From a virus, in the UHGV virus genome UHGV-0204589: a stretch of DNA of 44,194 nt. One strand, written 5' to 3'. The notes under the pieces were generated by a model that saw nothing but the letters and a program-made list of their open reading frames with translations, did no database searches and had not been told where the DNA came from. Positions 25,291-35,738 of the stretch are shown in pieces. The stretch's first letter is position 1. Every line of letters begins with the position of its first letter. A program made the position numbers and the translations under genes.

Positions 25291-28104
25291 ATGCAAGCTG
25301 ATGGCACAGTACTTATAGACACTACCATTAAAACTGATGGATTTGAAAGTGGTGCAAAAGATTTAGAGCTTGCTATTCGTAGAATGGCTAAATCAATAGA
25401 AGGGCTGGGGGATAAAGCTAAGATTTCATTGCAGAAACAGGTTGATTCTTTTGCTAAATTAAATAATCAATATTCACAGCAGGCCAAAAAAGTTAATGAT
25501 TTAGAAAATAAATTAGAAGAACTTAAGGGAAAGTCAATAGAGACTGACACTTTTAAATCACTTACAAAGGAAATTGATAGCGCTCAAAATAAACTTGATA
25601 CATTTTACGGTAACATTAGAAAGATGGAAAAATCAGGAGTTTCCCCCAGCTCTTCTGGCTACAAAAAAGCTATTGCGCAAATAGATATATATGAACAAAA
25701 GGTAAAATCTTTATATGCTGAGAGGAATGCTCTGGTTTCTTCTGGAAATGCATATACCCCTGTAGATACAACAGCACTGGAAGAAAAATTGATTTTAGAA
25801 AGAACTAAACTCGAAAACATTAACAATCGTTTAAATACATCTTATATGTCACTTAAACAAAAAATGTCAGAGTATGGAGGTAATTTAAGTCTATTATCAA
25901 ATAAAACTGTTAAATCTTCCGCTGAGATTGGAATGCTTCAAAGCTCTTTGAATGGATTGCAAGTTGTACTTAATGGCTTAAAAGCATTACCTTCAATTGT
26001 TGCAACTAATTTAAAAGCACTTCCGTCTAAAACGGTAATTGCTGGAATCAATGGACTAAAAAGCGGATTTTCAAAACTTATATCCGTTATAAAAAAAGTT
26101 GCAAAGGAAGCCCAGAAAGCGGCCTTATCATTTGCCCAGATGGTAGGAAAAGGTATAGTTGGTAAACTCAAAAAGATAAGTGCTGGTATCTTTGGATTAA
26201 ACAAAAATACAAATAGGGCCAGAGGTTCATTTGGGAAAATGCTTACTACATCACTCTTAATGGGAACTGCATTTATGGCATTAAGTTCCATATTGAGAGG
26301 TATGAAAGATGGAATAAATAATCTAGCAAAATATTCAGATGAAACCAATGCCACACTTTCAACATTGAAATCGTCCTTAACACAGTTGAAAAATGCACTG
26401 GCAACAGCGTTTGCCCCTATCTTTAGTGCTGTTGCTCCTGCATTAAATAGCCTTATTAAGCTATTAACATCTGCCGCAACTGCTGTGTCAAGGCTTATTG
26501 CTGCATTAACTGGTAAGAATACATTTGTAAAAGCAAAAGAAGTACAGCAAGACTATGCTGAGAGCTTAGAAGAAACAGGAAATGCGGCAGAAGAAGCAGA
26601 AGGAGCATTGGCATCATTTGATAAATTGAATGTTGCACAGGATAATTCAAACAAGGGTGGCGGCGGAGGTGGTGGAGACTTATCACCCAATGATATGTTT
26701 GAAACCGTAGAAGTCGAACCTTTGAACTTTGATTCCTGGGGTGAGGCTTTCAGTTCGTTTTTGGATTATTTACTTAATAATGGTATTCCTGCTTTAAGAA
26801 ACGCATTAACCGGGTTGGCAAACTGGATAAATACCTTTGCGGCAAATTTGTATGAGATGTTTACCTTCCCAGGAGTGCGTGAAAAAGTACAGTTATTAGG
26901 AACTGAACTTGCAAATGCTTTAAATGATTTCACAAATCAAATTGACTGGGCTATGATTGGAAAGGCTCTTGGTGCCGGCTTTGATTTAGCTGTTCAATTT
27001 TTGGTTAGTTTTATTTGGACATATGATTGGATGAATTTAGGCGCATCACTTGCCGAAATGGTGAATAATGCGCTTGAACAGGTGGACTGGTATTCGTTTG
27101 GAAAACTATTGTGTGCTAAATTCAAGATTATGATAGAAACAGCTGCCGGTTTTTTACTGAATCTTGATATGAAAGAACTTGCAAAGGCAGCGTCTAACAT
27201 TGCAATTGGTTTTTTTGATTCGATAACTGAAACAATTCAAAATATTAACTGGGCAGAATTGGGACAACAATTAATGCGATTTCTTTTAGGAATAGACTGG
27301 ATAGGCATTGCAGGTTCCGTATTTGATGCACTTATGTCAGCGTTTGGGGCAGTTTTCGCTTTTCTTGCAGGTGCTATATGGGAACTCATAAGTACCGCCT
27401 GGGATTCTGTTGTTGAATGGTGGCATGATGTCGCTTTTGAGGACGGAAAATTCACAATAACAGGGTTGCTTGATGGGATTCTTGATGTACTTAAAGGTAT
27501 TGGAAACTGGATAAAAGAACATATATTTCAGCCTTTCATTGATGGTTTCAAAAGTGTATTTGGGATTCATAGTCCATCTAAAGTTATGAGCGAAATGGGC
27601 GAATTTTTAATGGAAGGATTATTAGGTGGAATTACAAGCTTGATTCCGTCTATAGTCGATAAATTCGGTGACTTAAAAGATAAAGTTGTAGAAAAACTCC
27701 AAGGAATTGCAGATAAAATAAAGGAAGTATTGTTTGGATACGATGACCTGGAAAAAGCCGGAAAAACCAAAAGCATAAAAGGAAGTTTTACAAGTAATGT
27801 CCTTTCAGTTATTCCACGCTCAAGTGAAGTATACCTTCCTCGCTTAGCATCGGGAACTGTAGTTCCACCACGGGCTGGAGAGTTTGCTGCAATACTGGGA
27901 GATAACAAGAGAGAAACCGAAGTGGTTTCCCCAATATCAACCATGAAACAGGCATTAAAAGAAGCTCTGGGCGACTTCGGAGGAATAGGTGGCGGAGATA
28001 TCCATCTGACAGTAAACTTGGAAGGAAAGGCTATTTATGACACTGTAGTCAAGAGGAACCGAATGGAAAAGAACAGAACAGGGAGCAATCCACTATTAGC
28101 GTAA
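25291..28104 (+). CDS. tail tape measure protein
   Basis: 937 aa, coiled-coil N-half, TM segments, Gly run. Confidence 0.85.
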   Translation: MQADGTVLIDTTIKTDGFESGAKDLELAIRRMAKSIEGLGDKAKISLQKQVDSFAKLNNQYSQQAKKVNDLENKLEELKGKSIETDTFKSLTKEIDSAQNKLDTFYGNIRKMEKSGVSPSSSGYKKAIAQIDIYEQKVKSLYAERNALVSSGNAYTPVDTTALEEKLILERTKLENINNRLNTSYMSLKQKMSEYGGNLSLLSNKTVKSSAEIGMLQSSLNGLQVVLNGLKALPSIVATNLKALPSKTVIAGINGLKSGFSKLISVIKKVAKEAQKAALSFAQMVGKGIVGKLKKISAGIFGLNKNTNRARGSFGKMLTTSLLMGTAFMALSSILRGMKDGINNLAKYSDETNATLSTLKSSLTQLKNALATAFAPIFSAVAPALNSLIKLLTSAATAVSRLIAALTGKNTFVKAKEVQQDYAESLEETGNAAEEAEGALASFDKLNVAQDNSNKGGGGGGGDLSPNDMFETVEVEPLNFDSWGEAFSSFLDYLLNNGIPALRNALTGLANWINTFAANLYEMFTFPGVREKVQLLGTELANALNDFTNQIDWAMIGKALGAGFDLAVQFLVSFIWTYDWMNLGASLAEMVNNALEQVDWYSFGKLLCAKFKIMIETAAGFLLNLDMKELAKAASNIAIGFFDSITETIQNINWAELGQQLMRFLLGIDWIGIAGSVFDALMSAFGAVFAFLAGAIWELISTAWDSVVEWWHDVAFEDGKFTITGLLDGILDVLKGIGNWIKEHIFQPFIDGFKSVFGIHSPSKVMSEMGEFLMEGLLGGITSLIPSIVDKFGDLKDKVVEKLQGIADKIKEVLFGYDDLEKAGKTKSIKGSFTSNVLSVIPRSSEVYLPRLASGTVVPPRAGEFAAILGDNKRETEVVSPISTMKQALKEALGDFGGIGGGDIHLTVNLEGKAIYDTVVKRNRMEKNRTGSNPLLA

Positions 28105-28107
28105 GGA

Positions 28108-28530
28108 GTGAGCGGTATGCAGAAGGATTACAGGGGATATCTAGTTATGTTTGGAAGTCATCAGCTTCCCAATTCTTTTCTTACCCGTTATGCCTCAACT
28201 CCTGACCAGAGAATTGAAAAAAAAGCATGGAGGGATAACACGGAGGCTCTTCAGCGTGTTACCTCTCCCAATTATAAAACGACATTAAATCTAGAAATCC
28301 GACCGCTGACTCAGCGAGAAAAAGACCTTTGGAACAGCATAAAGGCGGCCGGGATTTTGGATGAAACGCAGCGTAAGTATTCAGTTACATATTGGAACTT
28401 GGATACATGTGTGTATGGAACGGGTGAATTTTATGTTCCTGACACGGAATATGCAGTTAGCCATATATATGACAATGAGACAGGTGACATGCAATATGAG
28501 GCATTTACCCTGGAAATGATTCAGTATTAA
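28108..28530 (+). CDS. small tail component (distal-tail-protein position)
   Basis: position after tape measure. Confidence 0.45.
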   Translation: MSGMQKDYRGYLVMFGSHQLPNSFLTRYASTPDQRIEKKAWRDNTEALQRVTSPNYKTTLNLEIRPLTQREKDLWNSIKAAGILDETQRKYSVTYWNLDTCVYGTGEFYVPDTEYAVSHIYDNETGDMQYEAFTLEMIQY

Positions 28531-28544
28531 GTGTAGGTGCTGAT

Positions 28545-30485
28545 ATGTTAGATGTAGAACAGAAATTCAAGGATTTATATAATTCATATGGTGGGAAAAA
28601 ACTTAAATTAACATTTTATAAAGACGATTACAGAGCATTGTACCCATCAGAGACATTATTCCCATCAGAACAGCTTTATCCGTTAGAAATGGATTCTGAT
28701 GCGATAGAGTTCGTCATTTCCGATGATATGATAAAGTCTGATAGTATGAAGATAACGGAAAGTCTGTGTTCGGATGAAGATTTAAACTTTGGTGCATGTG
28801 AGTGCTCGCAGTTTGAAATTGTGGTGTCCGGGTTATCACGGAATATTGCTGGAAAAGAATTCCTTGTATCTGAAAGTCTTGGGGAATATGAACTTACATT
28901 GGGGCTTTTTACGGTTGATTCCACACCCAAGCAGGAAGATAAGGACACCAGAAAAATCATTGCATATGACCGTATGAAACGCTTTGATGCGGATGTATCG
29001 GGGTGGTATAATCTTTTGTCCTTTCCGATGACATTAAAAGCATTTAGAAATTCTTTGTGTGAGTTTGTTGGAGTAAATGAAGTAGAAAACACGGAATTAA
29101 TAAATGATGATATGGAAGTGGAAAAGACACTTGAACCATCATCACTTAATGGGAGGGATGTATTAAAGTATATATGCCAAATCAACGGCACATTTGGAAA
29201 TATTACTAAAAATGGTGAACTACGATATGTTTCTGTACCAAAGACAGATGATATAAGTATAGAAATTATGGTATATAAGACCGTTGAGAGTGAAGAATAT
29301 AATGTGCCAGATATTGATACGGTAAAAATACAGCAAGAAGAGGGGGATATAGGTGGAACCAGTGAAGGTGATGGAAATAATATCTATATCATTGAAGGGA
29401 ATCCACTTGTATATGGGAAAAATACATCCCAAATGATTGCTATTGCCAATAACATAAAATCTGTGATAAGCGGCATATCTTATTGTCCGGCAGAAATATC
29501 AACAAATGGTTCACCATGGATTGAAGTAGGGGACAGAATTAAGATATTGACTTCGGATGGAACTGTAAATACCATTGTCATGAAGCGAGATTTGACAGGC
29601 ATACAGGGTTCAATGGATGATTTTTCTAGCACAGGAAGTCAAGAACTCGAAAGAAAGTTTAACATAGAAAGCGAAATCATTCAAGTGAAAGGGCTTTCCG
29701 CCATATTAAAGCGCACGGTTGAGGAAGTATCAAATGAATTGACCGATCTTGAACGGGAAACTACATCAAAATTCACACAAACAGCCCAGGAAATTTCGCT
29801 TATGGTGAAAAAGGGAGATGTTACATCACAAATAAACTCCGAATTAAAGGTGACAGGAAATGCCATCGAACTTACAACAGGACATTTTACAATCAATGCT
29901 AAAAATATGACTGTTGATAGTGGTGGAAATGCTACTTTTTCGGGTACTGTGTCCGGTGCGTCAATTGTTGGCGGGAGTATAAATATAGGAAATGGTAATT
30001 TCACTGTTTCTTCTAGCGGAATTGTAGAAGCTAAAAATGCAAAAATTACAGCAGCTACACTTAATTCCACTGGCATTATATATGCTGAAAGAGGAATGGT
30101 TTGTAATGGAGAAATAGAGGCAGACATAGGGTCGATTGAACAGATAAACACCAGGAGCATATATTGTACCGGCATGGTATATGGTGGTGGATGGACAGAA
30201 ATATCAGACAGGAGAGAAAAACGGGATATACAGGACATACCTCCAGATACATGCATTGATGTAATAAAAAGGTTAAAACCTGTCGCTTATACGCTGATTG
30301 ACAATGGAATTAGGGGAACAGGTTTCGTTGCCCAGGACGTCAAGGAAATATCAGATGAAATAAACCTTGATTATCAACTTGTAAGCTACATTTCGGAACG
30401 CAAAAGATATGGTATAGAATACAAAAATTATATTGCGTTTCTGACCGGAGCTGTTCAACACATATTGGAAAGGTTGGGAGAATGA
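28545..30485 (+). CDS. tail fibre / tail-associated protein with C-terminal intramolecular chaperone (peptidase S74) domain
   Basis: C-terminal ...SDRREKRDIQDIPPDTCIDVIKRLKPVAYTLIDNG...GFVAQDV...NYIAFLTGAVQHILERL pattern of auto-cleaving chaperone domain. Confidence 0.75.
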   Translation: MLDVEQKFKDLYNSYGGKKLKLTFYKDDYRALYPSETLFPSEQLYPLEMDSDAIEFVISDDMIKSDSMKITESLCSDEDLNFGACECSQFEIVVSGLSRNIAGKEFLVSESLGEYELTLGLFTVDSTPKQEDKDTRKIIAYDRMKRFDADVSGWYNLLSFPMTLKAFRNSLCEFVGVNEVENTELINDDMEVEKTLEPSSLNGRDVLKYICQINGTFGNITKNGELRYVSVPKTDDISIEIMVYKTVESEEYNVPDIDTVKIQQEEGDIGGTSEGDGNNIYIIEGNPLVYGKNTSQMIAIANNIKSVISGISYCPAEISTNGSPWIEVGDRIKILTSDGTVNTIVMKRDLTGIQGSMDDFSSTGSQELERKFNIESEIIQVKGLSAILKRTVEEVSNELTDLERETTSKFTQTAQEISLMVKKGDVTSQINSELKVTGNAIELTTGHFTINAKNMTVDSGGNATFSGTVSGASIVGGSINIGNGNFTVSSSGIVEAKNAKITAATLNSTGIIYAERGMVCNGEIEADIGSIEQINTRSIYCTGMVYGGGWTEISDRREKRDIQDIPPDTCIDVIKRLKPVAYTLIDNGIRGTGFVAQDVKEISDEINLDYQLVSYISERKRYGIEYKNYIAFLTGAVQHILERLGE

Positions 30486-30664
30486 TGGATAAGATAGTAG
30501 TGTTCAAATATGAGGATGTACGTAAGTTAGCAGACTGCATCAACTCCATACAAGTATCTGGATTTGAAAATGCAAAGCTTATCTCGATTGCGGCCAACAT
30601 CATTGACACTGGCAGAATAAAAAATAAAGATAGCATGGAAGGGGACGGCAATGAGACTGGATAA
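30482..30664 (+). CDS. hypothetical protein
   Basis: 60-aa ORF. Confidence 0.35.
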   Translation: MMDKIVVFKYEDVRKLADCINSIQVSGFENAKLISIAANIIDTGRIKNKDSMEGDGNETG

Positions 30665-31424
30665 CATATTCTATACGATTGTTGGGTGGCTGAACTTCCC
30701 AGACAAATCCACTCCATTAGGAAAGAAAAACCTTCGTCATATGGATAGCGGAATTCTACAATGCGCCCAGCATATTTTATCACTGTCGCAAGATAAGGCA
30801 GAGTTATCCGAAGTGAATACTATGGTGCAGGACGTTACGTTGGATGTAGATACTGGTATTCTTACGGTAAAGTTAAAAAATGGAACGACAAAAACATATG
30901 ATTTAGCCATTGAAAAGGTCGTTGTAAATTTTCATATCACAGATGATAATGAACTTGTACTTGAGCTTGCAGATGGAACAGAAAAGATTATTGACTTAAC
31001 CAGGTTTGCATATTCTGTTGACAGTACAGCAACAATATCCATGAAAATTAGTAACAGAACAATTACGGCGGAGATTGTGGACGGGTCAATTACGTTATCA
31101 AAGTTGGAACAGTCTGTTATGACCACTATCAGGCAGTATATGCTCGATGCGCAAACCGCGGCAACATCTTCGGAACAATATTATATCGCATCAAAAAGCT
31201 GGGCGGTGGGTGGAACATCAAGCCGTGATAACGAAGATAATGACAACAGTAAATGGTATAGCGAAAGGGCAAAAGCAGAAGCTGACCGGGCAGCATCATT
31301 TTCAGAGCTGACATTCCCGGAATTTTACCTTGATATTAGCAATTGGCATCTGATGTGTAAACAAGGTAAGAATGTGACATTTTCGATAAGCCAAAATAAT
31401 CATGTAATTGTAGAGGTGGCATAA
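30651..31424 (+). CDS. tail fibre-associated protein
   Basis: position in fibre gene block. Confidence 0.5.
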   Translation: MRLDNIFYTIVGWLNFPDKSTPLGKKNLRHMDSGILQCAQHILSLSQDKAELSEVNTMVQDVTLDVDTGILTVKLKNGTTKTYDLAIEKVVVNFHITDDNELVLELADGTEKIIDLTRFAYSVDSTATISMKISNRTITAEIVDGSITLSKLEQSVMTTIRQYMLDAQTAATSSEQYYIASKSWAVGGTSSRDNEDNDNSKWYSERAKAEADRAASFSELTFPEFYLDISNWHLMCKQGKNVTFSISQNNHVIVEVA

Positions 31425-32254
31425 TGGCAACAACAGATTTGGGTAAATGGATGATAACAAATGGTGGCGAATATAATCCAGACACCACTTACGAACAACT
31501 TACAATGGTTTTGTACGAAAATAGTACGTACATTACCCTTCGTACAGTTACTGGTATAACGCCAAATAATGATAAGATAAATTACATATTAATGGCACAG
31601 GGATTTAGTGCCAATGCATTAGCAGATGTTGTTGCAAAGGATACTTATGGAGCAATTGGAAATGTAGGTGAGTCTGTATCTGCGCAAAGCCTGATTGATT
31701 ATCTTACAAACGAAGTTGTTAATAATTTGATTAAAAAGACTTCTATTTCAACTGTTCAAGTGAATTCGAATGATATGGTTCCGTCATCCTCTCTGTCCTA
31801 TTCGATGCAGCGCGCGATTGATAACATAAATAGCAATTTCGCGGCCGAAAGATATACTGGAAATATAGATGGCTTGTTTAAAAATTGTGTGGTTCAGTTA
31901 TTCTCTTCCCTTGGCACTACTGGCACTTTCCCAGAATCAGACATTAATGGGTCATTTTTGCATGTTGTTAATAATGGAAGTGACTTCTGCTTTCAGCAAC
32001 TTAACATCATAACCAACAAAAACACAACCTCCTATAAACGTAGTTGGTATTACGGCAATGATACGGTATACCCTGGATGGTCTGATTGGCGAAAGGTTAT
32101 CACAAACTCGGATTTACCAATTCTCACCGTACGCACAGGTACGAGATACTGGACACAATACACCGAGGTTTCGGGGCAAAAGCGGATATATTTTTATAAT
32201 GCCGATTTCCCGTCAGGCAATAACCTGTTAGGGTATATAGCACTTACAAAGTAA
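31424..32254 (+). CDS. tail fibre / receptor-binding protein candidate
   Basis: position; C-terminus RIYFYNADFPSGNNLLGYIALTK abuts inverted fragment. Confidence 0.5.
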   Translation: MATTDLGKWMITNGGEYNPDTTYEQLTMVLYENSTYITLRTVTGITPNNDKINYILMAQGFSANALADVVAKDTYGAIGNVGESVSAQSLIDYLTNEVVNNLIKKTSISTVQVNSNDMVPSSSLSYSMQRAIDNINSNFAAERYTGNIDGLFKNCVVQLFSSLGTTGTFPESDINGSFLHVVNNGSDFCFQQLNIITNKNTTSYKRSWYYGNDTVYPGWSDWRKVITNSDLPILTVRTGTRYWTQYTEVSGQKRIYFYNADFPSGNNLLGYIALTK

Positions 32255-32566
32255 TCATTTAATGTTACGAGACACATCAAATGTAATATAGCCTTTATCA
32301 ACGCCATCTACAAAAAACTGTACATAGTTTTGGGTATCATTCAGTTTGTTGACGTACAAGGATACTGCTTTACCAGCAGATACTCCGGTTGTTTTAACAG
32401 CACTGGTAAAGTCCGCATTTGTAATAACCTTATTGTCATCTACATATGCTGTGCCGTTATCATGGATACCAAGGGTATGTGTCTTTGCCGGGGAGCGTAG
32501 GGATGTCTTATATGTTGATTGTACTATGACATCACCTAAATTGCTATTTACTATATAAAAAACATA
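32255..32566 (-). pseudogene. 103-codon reverse-oriented fibre C-terminal coding fragment with no start codon (YVFYIVNSNLGDV...GYITFDVSRNIK), tail-to-tail with fibre gene; candidate invertible alternative C-terminus
   Basis: long open frame on minus strand without ATG/GTG/TTG near its 5' end; bounded upstream by TAA; + strand ORF 32346-32558 lacks RBS. Confidence 0.5.
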
Positions 32567-32595
32567 TTAAAAAACATATCCATGAAAGGAGTAAG

Positions 32596-33009
32596 ATGAA
32601 TCAATTAAAACTATCAAACAACACAAAATACGACTTAATAACAAACGGGGTGGAAGAATCCGGCGATTACCTAACCCTGTCGTTTCTTCCCGGCCTGGAC
32701 AGCTTTGAGATGGTAGAATCTGAATTTAATCCGACAAATGCAGAGAAAATTTACATACTTGGTTTGGATGGTCAGCCGATTGAAGTAAAAACCGGATTTA
32801 CTCAGCTGGTGGAGATGCGCAAGAAAATGGATTATGTCATATCTTCTGAAACAGTAAATACCGGCACCGAGGAAGAACCGAATTATGAAACCAAGGAAGT
32901 GAAAGATACCGTTATGGTAGTTAAACTTCGTAGGCCAGATATCCGGGATACAGTACAGACATTGCAAGATACAGTGGATGCAATAATTTTAAGTCAGTTG
33001 GAGGTGTAA
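32596..33009 (+). CDS. hypothetical protein
   Basis: RBS AAAGGAG. Confidence 0.5.
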   Translation: MNQLKLSNNTKYDLITNGVEESGDYLTLSFLPGLDSFEMVESEFNPTNAEKIYILGLDGQPIEVKTGFTQLVEMRKKMDYVISSETVNTGTEEEPNYETKEVKDTVMVVKLRRPDIRDTVQTLQDTVDAIILSQLEV

Positions 33010-33010
33010 A

Positions 33011-33136
33011 ATGTATACAACATTAAAAAGGCTATATAACAATGGTAAAGGGCCATTAACGCTTTCCGAACTCAACCGGGCTGTGTCAATTGGATGGATT
33101 ACAGAGCAGCAGAAAAACAGCATAATTGGAGGATGA
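33011..33136 (+). CDS. XkdX-like small phage protein (41 aa)
   Basis: MYTTLKRLYNNGKGPLTLSELNRAVSIGWITEQQKNSIIGG resembles XkdX family. Confidence 0.5.
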   Translation: MYTTLKRLYNNGKGPLTLSELNRAVSIGWITEQQKNSIIGG

Positions 33137-33138
33137 TT

Positions 33139-33879
33139 ATGAGAGATATCACATTGTGCCATCCACGTTTACAGCTTTTAGCAGGTCAATTGGTGGACGA
33201 ATGCAATAAACAGGGATTAAAAATTAAAATAGGTGAGACACTGCGGACCGTGGCAGAACAGGATGCTTTATACGCTCAGGGTAGGACTAAACCGGGTAAC
33301 ATTGTAACTAATGCTCCTGGCAGCAGCTACAGCTCCTATCATCAGTGGGGAACGGCTTTTGATATATTCCGCAATGATGGCGCTGGAGCCTATAACGAAA
33401 TAGGCGGCTTCTTTAACCGTGTAGGTGCTATTGGCGTATCTATCGGCCTTGAATGGGGAGGAAACTGGAAGTCTCCTGTGGACAAGCCACATTTTCAACT
33501 TCCTGATTGGGGCAGCTCTACCAGCGGTATAAAAAAATTGTACCACAATCCAGAACAATTTATGAAAACCTGGACTGAGCAGGAGCGCACTGGTTGGATT
33601 AAAGATAACAATGGCTGGTGGTATCGTAGGACGGATGGAACATACCCGGCTAATAAGTGGTGTGTAATAAATCACCATTGGTATCTGTTTAATAAGGACG
33701 GATATGCTTGCACCAGCTGGCACCGGTGGAATGGAAGCGTATGTGACCCGGATGATGGTTCGGGAGATTGGTATTACTTTGACCCCACACCAAACGGTCC
33801 GTTGGAGGGTGCGTGCTGGCATAGTCAAGATAATGGGGCGCAGAATGTCTGGTATATTGAGGGTGCTAATTCAATATAA
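33139..33879 (+). CDS. endolysin: M15-family (VanY-like) peptidase domain plus C-terminal cell-wall-binding repeats
   Basis: RBS GGAGGA before ATG 33139; YHQWGTAFDI (H-x-x-G-x-A-x-D); GWWYRRTDGTY...WYLFNKDGY...WYYFD repeats. Confidence 0.85.
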   Translation: MRDITLCHPRLQLLAGQLVDECNKQGLKIKIGETLRTVAEQDALYAQGRTKPGNIVTNAPGSSYSSYHQWGTAFDIFRNDGAGAYNEIGGFFNRVGAIGVSIGLEWGGNWKSPVDKPHFQLPDWGSSTSGIKKLYHNPEQFMKTWTEQERTGWIKDNNGWWYRRTDGTYPANKWCVINHHWYLFNKDGYACTSWHRWNGSVCDPDDGSGDWYYFDPTPNGPLEGACWHSQDNGAQNVWYIEGANSI

Positions 33880-33931
33880 AAGCGCCAGAACTTGACTCTG
33901 ACGCTTCTATAAATAAAGTACCATCTTCGGA

Positions 33932-34153
33932 AATATGCAACACGAAATGCAACACGGAGCCTACAAACCGCATAAAACCGTTGTATTTTACGGGTCCGAT
34001 TCCCGTCAGCAGCTTTTTCTTAAAACCTTGTAGATACGTAGAAAACAACGTATTTGCAAGGTTTTTTCATGTTTTTGAATAGCACTTCCTCCGTCTGTCA
34101 CGTAGGAAGTTATTATAATATTTAGGATATATGCAACACGATGCAACACGGAA
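33932..34153. promoter_or_regulatory. putative attP region: paired direct repeats ATGCAACACG(A)AATGCAACACGGA at 33932-33960 and 34127-34153 flanking a tRNA 3'-end-like segment (ACGGG-TCCGATT-CCCGT + CAGCAGC, 33990-34013)
   Basis: seen in sequence; immediately adjacent to integrase 3' end. Confidence 0.35.
34022..34067. terminator. bidirectional terminator hairpin (AAAACCTTG...CAAGGTTTT plus T6) between endolysin and integrase
   Basis: seen in sequence. Confidence 0.6.
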
Positions 34154-34167
34154 AATATGCTATTCTA

Positions 34168-35256
34168 TCACATGATGAACTTTTCAAAGTGTTTATTGAT
34201 TTTTTTATTCTGCCGGACAGATTCCAGGTCAATTACATTTCTGTAGACAGCTTTCATAATATTGTCACTGGCCCATCCCCCACGCTGCAAAATATATTGG
34301 TCCGGTATGCCTATGGCGTGCATAATGGATGCAGCATAATGCCGTAGGTCGTGAAATCGAAAATGTGGCACATCAATCTTTTTAAGCACCCGTCCAAATC
34401 TATGTGTGATATAATCTGGATTCATGTCAACCAGTTTCCCCCTTTTGCTGGATATCCGTTCAATTACAAATGCCGGCATTTCTACATCCCGTGTGCTGTC
34501 ATCCGTCTTTGGCTGTTTGATATACCATTGATTGTCTGGTCCCTTGACCATATTGTCTCTTACATGGATAATATGACCATCTACGTTTTTATCAGTAAGG
34601 GCGCTTATCTCTCCTCGCCGGAGCGGGCCAAACGCAGCCAGTAAAACGGCTATCTCCAAATCTGTACCTTTGATAGCGTCTAACAGCTTTTTGATATCAT
34701 TGTCATTGGGGCAGTATAAATCTGGGCGTTTTTTCTGAGGAAGCTTTACTTTTAAGGTTAAATCCGGCGCAAACATTTCCAATGATGCGGATAACAGGCC
34801 ATAGGCATTTCTAACTGTCTTGGGAGACAGTTGTTTTGAAGCCAAATCACTTACCCATATCTGTACAGATGGATTAGTTAGCTCTGAAAGCCGTTTACGC
34901 CCAAATACGCCGTCAAAATACTGTCTTTGCATACCAACATACCCTCTAAGCGTAGAAGGGCTTAAAACGCCTTTTTTGACGTTTAAATAACGTTCGATAG
35001 CTTGACTCACTGTTATATCTTCGTCCTCTTCCTCTTCCGGTACGTTGTATTGCTCTATGGGCTTGCCCTTCATATCTAATTTCCATCTAGCAGCCATTTC
35101 TTGTGCGATTTTACGTGATGGAGCAACAAAACTTTTGTAATGCCGTTTACCTTTTTCATCCGTATATAAGTATAATTGTACACGGATATTTTTGGATGGC
35201 AGTTCTCCTTTTTTCTTTTTCGGGGCTTTCTTTGTCATTTCTCTTTCCTCCTTCAA
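34168..35256 (-). CDS. int: tyrosine integrase (phage integrase family)
   Basis: HDLRHYAASIMHAIGIPDQYILQRGGWASDNIMKAVYRNV; R...H-x-x-R...Y catalytic pattern; AP2-like N-terminal arm-binding domain. Confidence 0.9.
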   Translation of the reverse strand: MKEEREMTKKAPKKKKGELPSKNIRVQLYLYTDEKGKRHYKSFVAPSRKIAQEMAARWKLDMKGKPIEQYNVPEEEEDEDITVSQAIERYLNVKKGVLSPSTLRGYVGMQRQYFDGVFGRKRLSELTNPSVQIWVSDLASKQLSPKTVRNAYGLLSASLEMFAPDLTLKVKLPQKKRPDLYCPNDNDIKKLLDAIKGTDLEIAVLLAAFGPLRRGEISALTDKNVDGHIIHVRDNMVKGPDNQWYIKQPKTDDSTRDVEMPAFVIERISSKRGKLVDMNPDYITHRFGRVLKKIDVPHFRFHDLRHYAASIMHAIGIPDQYILQRGGWASDNIMKAVYRNVIDLESVRQNKKINKHFEKFIM

Positions 35257-35738
35257 TTGATTTTCCTAAAAATAGGTATAAAAAATACAGCTCCGCAAAT
35301 ATCTTGCAAAGCCGCCCCGAAGATGGTACAATATAGGTGCGAATTATAGTGCATATCTTCGGGTATGTAGGCCGGTTCCTGTTGGCGCAGGGGCCGGCTG
35401 ATTTTGTTGTTGAAAATTTTCTATGTTTGATATATAATATACTTAACAAGAGAACCGATGACTAGCTGAAACCTAGCCACCCCGGTATATGTAAAAAATA
35501 ACGCCTTACTTTACCAGAGCGAGGGCGTTATTTTTTATGCTTAACAAGAGTTATGACTGCTACGAGCATGATAACAAATGTAAATAAGTCATTAAAAGTA
35601 ACGTACATAAGCACCAGCCCCTTTCTCTTAAGAGTAGGTGGCTAGAATAGCGCCCCATCGGTTCCCAGGGTAAGTATATTATATTATCAAGGTGGTGTCC
35701 CTTCCCTATAAAAACACAAGGGAAAGGGAATAATCATA

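Noticed and set aside
32346-32558. 70-aa + ORF in the fibre-downstream spacer
   Set aside because: It has no RBS and lies antisense to a much more protein-like 103-codon frame, so it is treated as a shadow ORF.
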